Below, piece by piece: positions 1 through 9,807 of a DNA stretch of 55,628 nt. Position 1 is the first letter of the stretch. The number at the start of each line of letters is the position of its first letter. This DNA is from Salinispira sp. Lineage in GTDB: Bacteria; Spirochaetota; Spirochaetia; DSM-27196; Salinispiraceae. Position numbers and translations under genes: made by a program. The stretch is from positions 1 through 55,628 of the forward strand of contig CBDDDG010000024.1 in the NCBI GenBank assembly GCA_965226555.1, in the 5' to 3' direction. The notes under the pieces were generated by a model that worked only from the letters and a program-made list of their open reading frames with translations, did not search any database and was not told where the DNA came from.

Positions 1-438
1 GCGGATATTCTCGCGTATATACCCATGCACTATGAACCGCATATTTTACCACTTCTCATGGAAGCGGAGAATGCCGGAAAACGGGTATTTGTTCCGCAGA
101 TACGGGGAAAGAACATTGTTTTCTCCCGCAGAACAAGCGGAGCGGCTGCGGCGGCAACCGAGGGCGCAGCAGGCGCGGCAGGAGCAGGCGCAGGCGCGGC
201 AGCGGCAATATGGGATCCCGACAGAGCCCCAAAGAGCCTGTTGATAGCGCCGGGTCTTGCCTTTACTCTCAGGGGCGAGCGTCTCGGCAGGGGAGGGGGC
301 TTTTATGATCGTTTTCTGGCAGTGAATCCGGAACTACACAGCCTTGCGCTCTGTTTTACTGCGCAGTTGTATTCCCATATCCCTGTCTGTAGTCATGACA
401 TTCCTGTCTCTGAAGTACTGTTTCCTGAAATGAATTGA
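1..438 (+). CDS. 5-formyltetrahydrofolate cyclo-ligase (5'-partial) with Ala/Gly-rich insertion
   Basis: Frame open from base 1. Motifs GKRVFVP and IAPGLAF..G.RLGRGGGFYDRFL, then C-terminal HDIPV, are typical of the family. Confidence 0.9.
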   Translation, partial: ADILAYIPMHYEPHILPLLMEAENAGKRVFVPQIRGKNIVFSRRTSGAAAAATEGAAGAAGAGAGAAAAIWDPDRAPKSLLIAPGLAFTLRGERLGRGGGFYDRFLAVNPELHSLALCFTAQLYSHIPVCSHDIPVSEVLFPEMN

Positions 439-502
439 AATGAATTGAGCAGTACGAAAATTTCTCCGGTACAAACTGTTTGCTGTTTATGCTATACTCT
501 AT

Positions 503-534
503 GAAACTTTTGCATTGGAAAATTGTGCAGAGCA
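503..534. repeat. 32-bp intergenic repeat with hairpin (copy 1, upstream of ndk)
   Basis: GAAACTTTTGCATTGGAAAATTGTGCAGAGCA is identical at 503-534 and 5348-5379. Confidence 0.85.
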
Positions 535-568
535 TAATTTTGTCTATGAAACTTTTAAAGGAGATGTT

Positions 569-1021
569 ATGAGCTGGGAACGAACATGTGCGATATGTAA
601 GCCGGGGGTATTACAACGGCGTATTCTTGGAGATATCATTACACGCATGGAAAAGAAGGGACTTCAGATAAGGGCATTGAAGATGATGCGCTTATCGAAG
701 GATATCTGTCAGTTACATTATGCCGAACATAAGGGCAAGCCCTTTTATGCGCCCCTCGTAGAGTACATGGCAAGCGGCCCGGTAATTGCCATGATCATTA
801 GCGGTGAGAATGCCGTTTCCTCTGTGCGGAAACTCTGCGGCGCCACAAATCCGCATGAAGCAGAGCCGGGAACCATCCGCGGCGATTATGCCGCCATTAC
901 CCGAATGAATATCATCCATGCCTCAGACAGTAGTGAAAGCGCGGAGCGAGAGATTAATATCTTCTTTTCTCCCAATGAGATATATGAGTATGAAGATGGA
1001 AATCAACACTGGATCAACTAA
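569..1021 (+). CDS. ndk: Nucleoside-diphosphate kinase
   Basis: ERT...KP, HYAEHKGKPF, GATNP..AEPGTIRGDY, NIIHASDS..SA.REI. AAGGAG SD upstream of ATG 569. Confidence 0.97.
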   Translation: MSWERTCAICKPGVLQRRILGDIITRMEKKGLQIRALKMMRLSKDICQLHYAEHKGKPFYAPLVEYMASGPVIAMIISGENAVSSVRKLCGATNPHEAEPGTIRGDYAAITRMNIIHASDSSESAEREINIFFSPNEIYEYEDGNQHWIN

Positions 1022-2858
1022 ATTACCGCGCTGGAATTTCTCATCAATTGAACCCCTTGTTCATAAACAGAAACATGAAGCAGCGGCAATTATCGACACC
1101 CTGTCTGAAATTCTCCATAGAGGAGAGGAGCTCCTCGCAGGCACTGCGGCGGAGCGCGCGGCAGATGCGGCGGAGCGCGCAGCGTGCATTATCTGGCTGG
1201 AAGAATATATTACAGAGAATGACCGCCTGACGGGTCTTTTTGATCAATTGTTCAGCTATGCCTACTGCCGCTATGCGGTGGAAACAGGCAATTCACAATG
1301 GGTGAAAAATCTGAATAGCATGGAGGCTATGGCAGTACCGCAGAAGGCGCAGGAATCTCGTTTTGTGAGAATTCTCAGCAGGATATTTGAGGCGCTGGGT
1401 TGTGAGCGCAGCAAAACGGGAGTTGGGGATTTTCTCAGGATGATTGACAAGACATCTCCCCTCCATAATTACGCGTGGCATCTTGAACAGAGCCTTGAAA
1501 TAGCACGGTTCCGTATGAGCCCTGAACTGGAAGAGCTGGCAGGCGATCTTAAGCGGAGCGCTGGTGATGCCTGGGAACGCCTCCACAGCAGTATGAGTTC
1601 AGACATGAGTATTGAGTGGAACCCAATTACCCATGAGACGCGGACTATGGTAGAACTTCGGAATCTTGCCTTCAATGCCGACCGCCATACCCGAAAAAAG
1701 GCATATAATCTTGAGCTTAAGCTCTGGAAGGACTATGAAATTGCCTTTGCCGCCGCGCTGAACGGAGTAAAGGGCAATAGTCTCAGCCTGTATGAACGGC
1801 GCGGGTATGAAGATTTTCTCCACCCCTCAATACAGTCCTGCCGTATAAGCAGGAAAACACTGAATTCTCTCATTTCAGCAATGGAAGATTCTCTTCCCAT
1901 GTTCCGGCGCTACTTTGCGGCGAAGGCGGCCTGTCTGAAGCTCCCCCGCCTGAGCTTTTATGATCTCTTTGCGCCCCTGTCCGGCGGTTCGCGAAGCTAT
2001 TCCTACGGGGAAGCGCGGGATATTATTGTTGAACAGTTCAGCGGTTTTTCCGAGGATATGGGAGACTTTGCGCAGCGGGTATTTTCGAAGAACTGGATTG
2101 ATGCCGAGCCTCGTCCGGGGAAGGTTGGCGGAGCCTTCATGACCGACTTCCCGATTGCCGAGGAAAGCAGAATAATGTCCAATTTTGACGGTTCATTCAA
2201 CGCTGTTTCCACGCTGGCGCACGAGCTCGGGCACGCATATCACAGCGCGAAACTTGAGGGCTTCACGTATATCAACCGGCACTATCCCATGACCCTCGCA
2301 GAAACAGCATCGACCTTCTGTGAAACCATTGTATACAACTCAGCCATTGAACAGGCCGAGGGAGCGGAAAAACAGGCACTCATTGAAGAATTGCTCATGG
2401 GAAATGCTCAGGTTATTGTCGACATACTGAGCCGGTTCTATTTTGAGCGGGAAGTATTTATCCGCAGAAAAGACGGTGAGCTCAGCCCCGCCGAATTTTG
2501 CGGCATTATGCTCGACTCCCAGAAACGAACCTATGGGGAAGGGTTGAATGAGGATGAGCTGCATTCGTATATGTGGGCAGTGAAGGGGCATTATTATTCA
2601 ACCGACCTCGCCTTCTACAACTACCCCTACGCCTTCGGTCAACTCTTCGCCATTGGGCTCTATGCCCGTTACACAAAGGATCCCCGGGGCTTCCCATCAA
2701 CCTATATCCGAATACTGCAGAACACCGGCATTTTGTCGGCGGTCGAACTCTGCGCCCGCGAAGGCTTCAATATTGAAGAGCCTGAGTTCTGGCAGGACGG
2801 GCTCAGAATGCTGGAACCCTTTATTGCTGAGCTTGAGATTAGTCCAGCACGTCTTTGA
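996..2858 (+). CDS. pepF: Oligoendopeptidase F (peptidase M3B)
   Basis: PRWN near N-terminus, WID..PRPGK.GGAF, TLAHELGHAYH zinc motif, LAETASTF.E, FYNYPYAFG. Start chosen at ATG 996 (overlaps ndk end). Confidence 0.93.
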   Translation: MEINTGSTKLPRWNFSSIEPLVHKQKHEAAAIIDTLSEILHRGEELLAGTAAERAADAAERAACIIWLEEYITENDRLTGLFDQLFSYAYCRYAVETGNSQWVKNLNSMEAMAVPQKAQESRFVRILSRIFEALGCERSKTGVGDFLRMIDKTSPLHNYAWHLEQSLEIARFRMSPELEELAGDLKRSAGDAWERLHSSMSSDMSIEWNPITHETRTMVELRNLAFNADRHTRKKAYNLELKLWKDYEIAFAAALNGVKGNSLSLYERRGYEDFLHPSIQSCRISRKTLNSLISAMEDSLPMFRRYFAAKAACLKLPRLSFYDLFAPLSGGSRSYSYGEARDIIVEQFSGFSEDMGDFAQRVFSKNWIDAEPRPGKVGGAFMTDFPIAEESRIMSNFDGSFNAVSTLAHELGHAYHSAKLEGFTYINRHYPMTLAETASTFCETIVYNSAIEQAEGAEKQALIEELLMGNAQVIVDILSRFYFEREVFIRRKDGELSPAEFCGIMLDSQKRTYGEGLNEDELHSYMWAVKGHYYSTDLAFYNYPYAFGQLFAIGLYARYTKDPRGFPSTYIRILQNTGILSAVELCAREGFNIEEPEFWQDGLRMLEPFIAELEISPARL

Positions 2859-3420
2859 GGCTGATGTGGCCCACAAGGCTTAATTCTTTGGCGCAGGCGA
2901 GAAAGATGTTCATGCACTGCAGGGAGTCATCGAGGGCGCGGTGGGCAGCGTTCGTTGGTAGGTTGAGCGCCTTCACGAGGTTTTGCAGGCTATAGGACTG
3001 CTGTTTTGGGTATGCTCGCCGTGCGAGCTTGATGGTATCGATGATAATGTTTGTAATGTTCAGCTCTGCGTCCGAGCTTGCGGCGGCGCGCAGGAAGCTG
3101 GTGTCGAAGTTGGCGTTATGCGCAATGAGGACGCTGTCGCGGATGAAGAGAATGAAGCGTTTGAGGACAGCGGTAATGTCTGGAGCATCGCGCACCATTG
3201 CATCGTCTATGCCGGATATTTCCACCGAGTGCTGCGGAATGCTCATGCCGGGATTCACCAGTTCATTGAAGCGGTCGAGCTCCTTTCCATCTTTGAATTT
3301 TACCGCCCCCACCTCAATAATGCGGTCGCTGTTGGGGTCGAATCCGGTTGTTTCAAAGTCGAAGGCGACAAAAACAATGTCGTTTACAGAATATTCCATG
3401 TTTATGCTATTCATTTCCAT
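2839..3420 (-). CDS. DEDDh 3'-5' exonuclease (DNA polymerase III epsilon-like)
   Basis: FDFETTG (ExoI), AHNANFD (ExoII), HRALDD (ExoIII). Confidence 0.92.
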   Translation of the reverse strand: MEMNSINMEYSVNDIVFVAFDFETTGFDPNSDRIIEVGAVKFKDGKELDRFNELVNPGMSIPQHSVEISGIDDAMVRDAPDITAVLKRFILFIRDSVLIAHNANFDTSFLRAAASSDAELNITNIIIDTIKLARRAYPKQQSYSLQNLVKALNLPTNAAHRALDDSLQCMNIFLACAKELSLVGHISLKDVLD

Positions 3421-3709
3421 TTCCTTTCGCGCGGTCAGCGCCCCGCTTTGCGCCGGAGCTTTCGAGGAGCTCTGCCGAATCTAATTTCTCTTCCCGATAT
3501 GCGATATCAAGGGCAGTCAAACCGTCATTATTAATGGCATTTACGTTTGCTCCGCCCTCAATGAGCGCTCGAACAAGGTCAGTGTGCGCGCTGTTAAATA
3601 CCACATCCATGAGGGCGGTGCGAACCTGCGCCCCGAGGGAATGGCAGAGAAAGAATGCGGCGCAGAGAACTATGACCGCAGCGCTCATGCGTGTGTGTGT
3701 TTTTTTCAT
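3407..3709 (-). CDS. Short secreted ankyrin-repeat protein
   Basis: Signal-peptide-like N-terminus (MKKTHTR + hydrophobic stretch), then LVRALIEGGANVNAINNDGLTALDIA. GGAG SD before ATG 3709. Confidence 0.75.
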   Translation of the reverse strand: MKKTHTRMSAAVIVLCAAFFLCHSLGAQVRTALMDVVFNSAHTDLVRALIEGGANVNAINNDGLTALDIAYREEKLDSAELLESSGAKRGADRAKGNGNE

Positions 3710-3764
3710 GTTGAAACTCCATAACATAATAAAATTTTGCTTTTAATGCGAATTCAGCTATGCG

Positions 3765-5324
3765 CTAAAACCATGACGGAGGGGTTGTTACGCCGGAACC
3801 GTAGAACATATCTTCTTTGTCTCCGATATATTTGCCATTGGCATTGAGCGTTATATGCTCCTTCCATTCCTCAAGGTCGCCATTGAATGCGTATGCGCCA
3901 GAGAACATCCAAGTCATATTCGTTACCGCTGTAGTATCCCAGCCGGAAATATCGCCATTGAATGCTTCTGCTGAATTGAACATACTGCCCATATTCGTTA
4001 CCGAGCTGACAGTCCAGCTTGAGATATCGCCATTAAATGCGACTGTGCCCGCGAACATCCAAGACATATCCGTTACCGAGCTGACATCCCAGCCGGAAAT
4101 ATCGCCATTGAATGCGTCTGCTGAATTGAACATATCGGACATATCCGTTACCGAGCTGACATCCCAGCCGGAAATATCGCCATTGAATGCGTCTGCTGAA
4201 TTGAACATATCGGACATATCCGTTACCGAGCTGACATCCCAGCCGGAAATATCGCCATTGAATGCGTCTGCGCCAGAGAACATCTGCTCCATATCCGTTA
4301 CCGAACTGACATCCCAGCCGGAAATATCGCCAGTGAATGCTTCTGCGCCCCAGAACATCCCTGACATATCCGTTACCGAGCTGACATCCCATCCGGAAAT
4401 ATCGCCATTGAATGCGTCTGCGCCAGAGAACATCCGAGACATATCCGTTACCGCTGTAGTATCCCAGCCGGAAATATCGCCATTGAATGCTTCTGCGTAA
4501 GAGAACATATAGGACATATCCGTTACCTTGCTGACATCCCATCCGGAAATATCGCCATTGAATGCGCCTGCGCCAGCGAACATATCGGACATATCCGTTA
4601 CCGAACTGACATCCCAGCCGGAAATATCGCCAGTGAATGCGTATGCTCCCCTGAACATATAGGACATATCCGTTACCGCTGTAGTAATAATGTAGTTGAG
4701 ATCGGCAGTATCGCCCCATGTTTGTATTCCATTCACTACCGCTGCTTGCAACTCACACCGTCCACCATCATCAGTTTTATTATCATCACCATCAACAGTA
4801 CCATCACAATTAGTATCAATAATACCCGCAACGCCAGTTATGGGTTGGGGTTCTACGGTAACAAAGACATATTCGGCAAATAGTACATCTCCGGTCTCGG
4901 CTTCACTGCCATATACTATGTATGTTCCTGCCGTTGTATTTTTGGTAACGGTAATGGTTCCGTCATCCGCATTAACCTTTGGTGGGGTAACCCTTGCGGG
5001 CGCAGGCGCGGGATTAAACATAATTTCTCCCGATTGCTCATTAACCATGAGAGTGCCCGGTTTCATTGTGGTTAGAGAAACGCGTAGGTTTTCATTGGCA
5101 ATAATGGCAGTAGAGGCAGCCGAGAGGTTTACAGACGCTGCCGTGCCCGCTGGAGTTTGTATTGCAAGAACGGGCATTTCCTGCAATACAAAAGGTTCTT
5201 TCTCCGCGCAGGCAGCGAGAAAAAGAACTGTGGTAAACAGGAACCCCTTCAGCAGCTGCGAACCAGAATACGCGAAATGCTTTGTGCGTTTCACGTTATT
5301 GGTTACTTTAGGTATCAATTTCAT
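3765..5324 (-). CDS. DUF285/BspA-like repeat surface lipoprotein
   Basis: Lipobox LAAC. Ten 25-aa TDMxxMFxxAxAFNGDISGWDVSSV repeats plus a capping repeat. AAGGAG SD. Confidence 0.88.
   Translation of the reverse strand: MKLIPKVTNNVKRTKHFAYSGSQLLKGFLFTTVLFLAACAEKEPFVLQEMPVLAIQTPAGTAASVNLSAASTAIIANENLRVSLTTMKPGTLMVNEQSGEIMFNPAPAPARVTPPKVNADDGTITVTKNTTAGTYIVYGSEAETGDVLFAEYVFVTVEPQPITGVAGIIDTNCDGTVDGDDNKTDDGGRCELQAAVVNGIQTWGDTADLNYIITTAVTDMSYMFRGAYAFTGDISGWDVSSVTDMSDMFAGAGAFNGDISGWDVSKVTDMSYMFSYAEAFNGDISGWDTTAVTDMSRMFSGADAFNGDISGWDVSSVTDMSGMFWGAEAFTGDISGWDVSSVTDMEQMFSGADAFNGDISGWDVSSVTDMSDMFNSADAFNGDISGWDVSSVTDMSDMFNSADAFNGDISGWDVSSVTDMSWMFAGTVAFNGDISSWTVSSVTNMGSMFNSAEAFNGDISGWDTTAVTNMTWMFSGAYAFNGDLEEWKEHITLNANGKYIGDKEDMFYGSGVTTPPSWF
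3870..4680 (-). repeat. 75-bp coding tandem repeat array (about 11 units)
   Basis: Recurrent CATATCCGTTACCGAGCTGACATCCCAGCCGGAAATATCGCCATTGAATGC at 75-bp period. Two adjacent units encode identical peptides. Confidence 0.9.
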
Positions 5325-5347
5325 CAATCTCTCCTTTTATGATGATA

Positions 5348-5379
5348 GAAACTTTTGCATTGGAAAATTGTGCAGAGCA
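5348..5379. repeat. 32-bp intergenic repeat with hairpin (copy 2, 5' leader of DUF285 gene)
   Basis: Identical to 503-534. Extends into hairpin GGAAAATTGTGC-AGA-GCACACTTTCC. Confidence 0.85.
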
Positions 5380-5410
5380 CACTTTCCAGTAGTAAAACTT
5401 TATAGCAATA

Positions 5411-5439
5411 AGATTAATCAATATCTTACACAGTGTCAA
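5411..5439 (-). promoter_or_regulatory. Putative sigma70 promoter of DUF285 lipoprotein gene
   Basis: Minus strand TTGACA-17 bp-TAATCT. Confidence 0.55.
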
Positions 5440-5505
5440 TTATTCTGCAAAAATCCCGTCAAAAAATTGTTGGGGAAGTTCTGCCGCCATGCCGCGGCTG
5501 GGCGT

Positions 5506-7281
5506 CTATGCTTGTGCCGAGCCTATGACCGATTCAATGTAGTGCTCAATGGACTGAAGTTTTTTCAGGGTTCGTTTGCGGGAGGCGCTGAGGTCTTCGC
5601 CTGCCGTGTCCTTTACTGAGGCATAGAATTTAATTTTCGGTTCGGTGCCGGAGGGGCGGGCGGAGAGCGTGCTGCCATCGGCGAGGAAAAACTGGAGAAC
5701 GTTGGATGATGGAATATCGACATTTTTTTCTTTCTTTCCGCTGGCAATGTACAGTGTTGTTCCATCGAGAATGTCCCGCATCCGGTCGACTGCAATGCCG
5801 CCGATTTCCGCGGGCGGGTCGGCGCGGAGCCTGCTCATCATCGCGCTCATTACTTCAGAACCGTTTTGTCCCTCAAAATTTTTACTGATAAGACTTTCCC
5901 GATACAGACCGAATTCCCTGTGAATTTCATCGAGACGGTCAAGAAGGGTTTTCCCCTGCTGTTGATAGTGCATGGCCATCTCAATGGTTACCAGTGAAGC
6001 GCCAATCGCATCTTTGTCGCGGACATCGGTGCCGATCATGAAACCGTAGCTTTCTTCGCCGCCGAGAATGTACTGCGGGCCGCCCGCGTCTTCAAATTCG
6101 CGGATTTTAGAGGCAATCCACTTGAATCCGGTAAGGGTTTCGGCAGTTTCCGCGCCGTATGCGCGGGCAATTCGCCGCTGCAGGTCGGTGCTGACGATGG
6201 TGTTAACAAAGGCCGGGTTCGCGGGGAGGGTGCCCCTTTCCTTCATGGAGCCCAGTACGTAATCGCAGAGGAGAACCCCGTGCTCATTGCCGTTAAGAAG
6301 AACATAGCCCTTATCGCCGCGCACTGCCGTACCTATGCGGTCAGCATCGGGATCAGTTCCAATTGCCAAATCGGCATTTTCCCGCTCTGCCAGTTCCAGA
6401 ACCATCCGCATTGCCTCAGCTTCTTCAGGGTTTGGAAATTTGACAGTCGGGAAATCTCCATTCGGCTCCCGCTGCTCGGGGACAATGTAGAGCGGTATGC
6501 TCAGTTCTTTGCAGAGGCGCTCCATGAGGAGGGCGCCAGTTCCGTGGAGAGGGGTGTAGGCGACCTTGAGCCGTGGAACAGCGGCGGGCGGAAAAAGTTC
6601 AGGGCGAATGATCTTGCGCATGGTCATGCTCATGAATTCATCGTCCATTTTCTCCCCGATGTACTCAATGATGTTTTTGTCAACTGCTTCGTCCACATCC
6701 ATTGAGCGCAGAGAATCGCCCACCGCGTTCACTTCTGCGATAATGCCCGCATCCTGCGGATAAATGATCTGCGCGCCGTCCTGCCAGTAGACCTTATAAC
6801 CGTTGTAGGCTTTTGGGTTATGGCTTGCCGTGCACATAATTCCACTGGTACAGCCCAGCCTCCGCACAGCATAGCTCAGCTCGGGCGTTGGACGGAGGGA
6901 GGAAAAAAGATAGACATGAATGTTGTTCGCTGCCAGTACAGCAGCCGCGGTTCGGGCAAAAAGAGTTGAATTATGTCGGCTGTCATAGGATATCGCAACC
7001 GATGGGTTTTGTATGTTCTGCTTGAGAATATAGTTGGCAAGTCCCTGAGTTACCCGCTGAACAATGAGGGGGTTCATGCGGTTATATCCCCCGCCCATAA
7101 TTCCGCGTATACCTCCGGTGCCGAAGCTCAAGTTGGTGTAGAATCGTTCCTCAAGCTCAGCAGTATTGTTCTCAGTAATCAGATTCTGCACTTCCTGTCG
7201 GAATACTTCATTTTTTTCCTGATGCACATATTCTTCGGCATGTTTTATGATGTCCTGCAACTCCATATCTGACGTTTTCAT
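5506..7281 (-). CDS. pgm: Phosphoglucomutase/phosphomannomutase (alpha-D-phosphohexomutase)
   Basis: FGTGGIRG, TASHNP (phosphoserine), DPDADR (metal), GEESYG, RPSGTEPKIKFY. Confidence 0.93.
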   Translation of the reverse strand: MKTSDMELQDIIKHAEEYVHQEKNEVFRQEVQNLITENNTAELEERFYTNLSFGTGGIRGIMGGGYNRMNPLIVQRVTQGLANYILKQNIQNPSVAISYDSRHNSTLFARTAAAVLAANNIHVYLFSSLRPTPELSYAVRRLGCTSGIMCTASHNPKAYNGYKVYWQDGAQIIYPQDAGIIAEVNAVGDSLRSMDVDEAVDKNIIEYIGEKMDDEFMSMTMRKIIRPELFPPAAVPRLKVAYTPLHGTGALLMERLCKELSIPLYIVPEQREPNGDFPTVKFPNPEEAEAMRMVLELAERENADLAIGTDPDADRIGTAVRGDKGYVLLNGNEHGVLLCDYVLGSMKERGTLPANPAFVNTIVSTDLQRRIARAYGAETAETLTGFKWIASKIREFEDAGGPQYILGGEESYGFMIGTDVRDKDAIGASLVTIEMAMHYQQQGKTLLDRLDEIHREFGLYRESLISKNFEGQNGSEVMSAMMSRLRADPPAEIGGIAVDRMRDILDGTTLYIASGKKEKNVDIPSSNVLQFFLADGSTLSARPSGTEPKIKFYASVKDTAGEDLSASRKRTLKKLQSIEHYIESVIGSAQA

Positions 7282-7363
7282 GAATCTCTCCTTACATATT
7301 TCGATTTTTTACCATTTCTCATCTGGAATGCTCTTTATGATTCTCCATTCTCTCAGTTTGTAG

Positions 7364-7388
7364 AAAGTTTTGCATTTTGCAAAACTTT
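7364..7388. repeat. AT-rich palindrome (11-bp stem, 3-nt loop)
   Basis: AAAGTTTTGCA-TTT-TGCAAAACTTT. Relatives at 7421, 40339, 42041, 43261, 43330. Confidence 0.75.
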
Positions 7389-7548
7389 GTATCAATGCAA
7401 TATGCTTTGTCATACTACCAGAAATTTTTGCATTATGCAATTCTTTCGGCTAAAATTGATGCCCCTATGGTTGAATTCGCAGTTATACTTGTTCATAAGA
7501 TTGTTTTCGTGCAACAATATCAAATTAGTTTCTTTAAGGATATGTGCA

Positions 7549-9768
7549 ATGAGCACTAAATCATTTGTAAAGGGTGTGTTACAATCCATTGTCTTTTGTG
7601 GAATTTTTCTTGTGCTGCTTAGCGGATGTCCGATGGAGCCTGCGTTCTCTGCGCCACTAAGTCATGCGTCCTCTGGGCTGCCGACCATGTCTGCGCCAAC
7701 CCTCGAAGTGAGGAATGGGCAACTTGGCGTTGAGTGGATTACACCGACCGACAATAGCGCCATTAGCGCGTATCATCTGCGCTATCGTGAAGATGATCGT
7801 GAAGATGATAGTGGAGATTGGACGGAGATCATCACCGGTATCGGCACCAGCACAAGCCACACAATTTCAGGGCTGACAAACGGAACCAGCTATGAAGTGG
7901 GGGTGCGCTCCGTCAATGGGGTGTGCGTGGGTAACTGGTCGCCATCTTCCGCTGCAACTGTACCGAATGCTGATATTGCCGACTCGCCGACTGATCTTGC
8001 CGACTCGCCGACTGATCTGAAGCTCGCTGTAGGGAACGGTTCACTTACTGCTACATGGGACAGTCCGGGCAACACGGGTAATAGCGCCATTAGCGCGTAT
8101 CATCTGCGCTATCGTGAAGATGATAGTGGAGATTGGACGGAGATCATCACCGGTATCGGCACCAGCACAAGCCACACCATTACGGGGCTGACAAACGGCA
8201 TCAGCTACGCCGTACAGCTGCGCGCCGTCAACGCTCAGGGAGCGGGTGACTGGTCGCCCGCCGCCGCCGCAACTCCCGCTACCGTTCCCGCTGCGCCGAC
8301 TGTTCCGGAAATCCTTGCGGGGAACGGGGAACTTGTGGTTCTTTTATGGAAGTTGTCGGGCGATACTGGCGGCAGCGAGATCACTGCCCATCACCTGCGT
8401 TATCGCGAGGTCGACAGCGGGGGCTGGATGGAGATTAGCTCCGATATCACTGGCACATATAATCATACAATTCCCAGACTGACAAACGGCAGCAGCTATG
8501 AAGTACAGGCGCGCTTCGTGAACGCGGCGGGCGCGGGCGCATGGAGCGCATCGTCCACAGCGATGCCCGCAGGACCTCCTTCCGCGCCGGAAGCTCCAAC
8601 ACTCGCAGCGGGGAACGATCAGCTTACTGCCTCATGGACTGCGCCGAACAACGGCGGCAGCGCCATTACCGGGTATACATTGCTGTACATTGATGATTCC
8701 ACGAATTCGCACACGATTATTGAGGGAATTACCAGCACAAGCTACACCATTACCGGACTGGTAAACGGCAGAACCTACACCGTATTGCTGCTTGCCGAAA
8801 ATGCGGGGGGTCAGAGCGATTGGTCTGCATCCGCATCTGCAACAACAATAGCGCTGATTTTTACGATGCAGCTTCCCGCGGGGACGGCAGCGACTACAAT
8901 TCTTTCGGCTGAAATTAATGCCCTTATTGCCAGTGAGGATATCACCGTTTCTTTGACCACCGTGGAACCGGACACTCTCACGGTTAATGGCTCAGGAGAC
9001 ATTACGGTTAATCCCTCGCCTGCGCCCGATGGGGTTACCTCGCCAACGGTTAATGCGGCTACCGGAGTTGTTACAATTAGCGCGAGTACAACGGCAGGAA
9101 CATATGTGGTATACGGCACTGAAACCGGAACAGGCAATGTACTGTTTGCCGAGTATTTTTATGTTACCGTGAGTCCTCACGATGGTGATGGCAGCGCGGG
9201 CGCTGCTAATGACGATGGCGGTAATGACGAACTGAAAGCAGCGGTAACCGCAGGAATATCAACCTGGGGCGATACTGCCGATCTCAACTACATTGTTACT
9301 ACGGCAGTAAGGGATATGTCCGGGATTTTCTATGGCGCACGCGCATTTAATGGCGATGTTTCCGGCTGGGATACCTCCGCGGTAACGAGTATGTACTGGA
9401 TGTTCCATGGCGCAGATGCATTTCATGGCGATGTTTCCGGCTGGAATACCGCCGCGGTAACGAATATGGAGAGTATGTTCATTAACGTAGATGCATTCAC
9501 TAGCGATATTTCCGGCTGGGATGTCAGTAAGGTAACGGATATGTCCGAAATGTTCAGGGGAGCAGACGCATTCAATGTCGACATTTCCGGCTGGGATGTC
9601 AGTTTGGTAACGGATATGTACGGGATGTTCTGGCAAGCAGACGCATTCAATGGCGATCTTGAGGAATGGAAAGATCATTTAACACTTAATGCTGCTGGCA
9701 CATATACCGGAATCAAAGACAACATGTTTGCTGATTCCAGCGTAACAACCTTTCCATCATGGTATTAA
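7549..9768 (+). CDS. Fibronectin type III (x4) + DUF285/BspA-like repeat surface lipoprotein
   Basis: Lipobox LLSGC. Four FN3 modules (W..P....I..Y.LRY...GL.NG..Y.V..R.VN..G.G.WS), spacer domain, four DUF285 repeats plus cap. Confidence 0.88.
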   Translation: MSTKSFVKGVLQSIVFCGIFLVLLSGCPMEPAFSAPLSHASSGLPTMSAPTLEVRNGQLGVEWITPTDNSAISAYHLRYREDDREDDSGDWTEIITGIGTSTSHTISGLTNGTSYEVGVRSVNGVCVGNWSPSSAATVPNADIADSPTDLADSPTDLKLAVGNGSLTATWDSPGNTGNSAISAYHLRYREDDSGDWTEIITGIGTSTSHTITGLTNGISYAVQLRAVNAQGAGDWSPAAAATPATVPAAPTVPEILAGNGELVVLLWKLSGDTGGSEITAHHLRYREVDSGGWMEISSDITGTYNHTIPRLTNGSSYEVQARFVNAAGAGAWSASSTAMPAGPPSAPEAPTLAAGNDQLTASWTAPNNGGSAITGYTLLYIDDSTNSHTIIEGITSTSYTITGLVNGRTYTVLLLAENAGGQSDWSASASATTIALIFTMQLPAGTAATTILSAEINALIASEDITVSLTTVEPDTLTVNGSGDITVNPSPAPDGVTSPTVNAATGVVTISASTTAGTYVVYGTETGTGNVLFAEYFYVTVSPHDGDGSAGAANDDGGNDELKAAVTAGISTWGDTADLNYIVTTAVRDMSGIFYGARAFNGDVSGWDTSAVTSMYWMFHGADAFHGDVSGWNTAAVTNMESMFINVDAFTSDISGWDVSKVTDMSEMFRGADAFNVDISGWDVSLVTDMYGMFWQADAFNGDLEEWKDHLTLNAAGTYTGIKDNMFADSSVTTFPSWY

Positions 9769-9807
9769 AAACGCTAAGCTGTGCCGGAACACACCGAGGA
9801 GAAAATT

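Noticed and set aside
3870..4680. Regular 75-bp repeats as a CRISPR array (also 26610-28620 and 45900-46330)
   Set aside because: Units are in-frame protein repeats without unique spacers, and no cas genes are present.
3817..4719. Long alternative ORFs 3817-4500 (+) and 4033-4719 (-)
   Set aside because: Shadow frames kept open by the repetitive DUF285 coding sequence.
7387..7548. Upstream extension of the FN3-DUF285 ORF (likewise 515-568 for ndk, 918-995 for pepF, 44733-44813 for the antitoxin)
   Set aside because: Signal peptides, SD positions or family N-termini point to the downstream starts.
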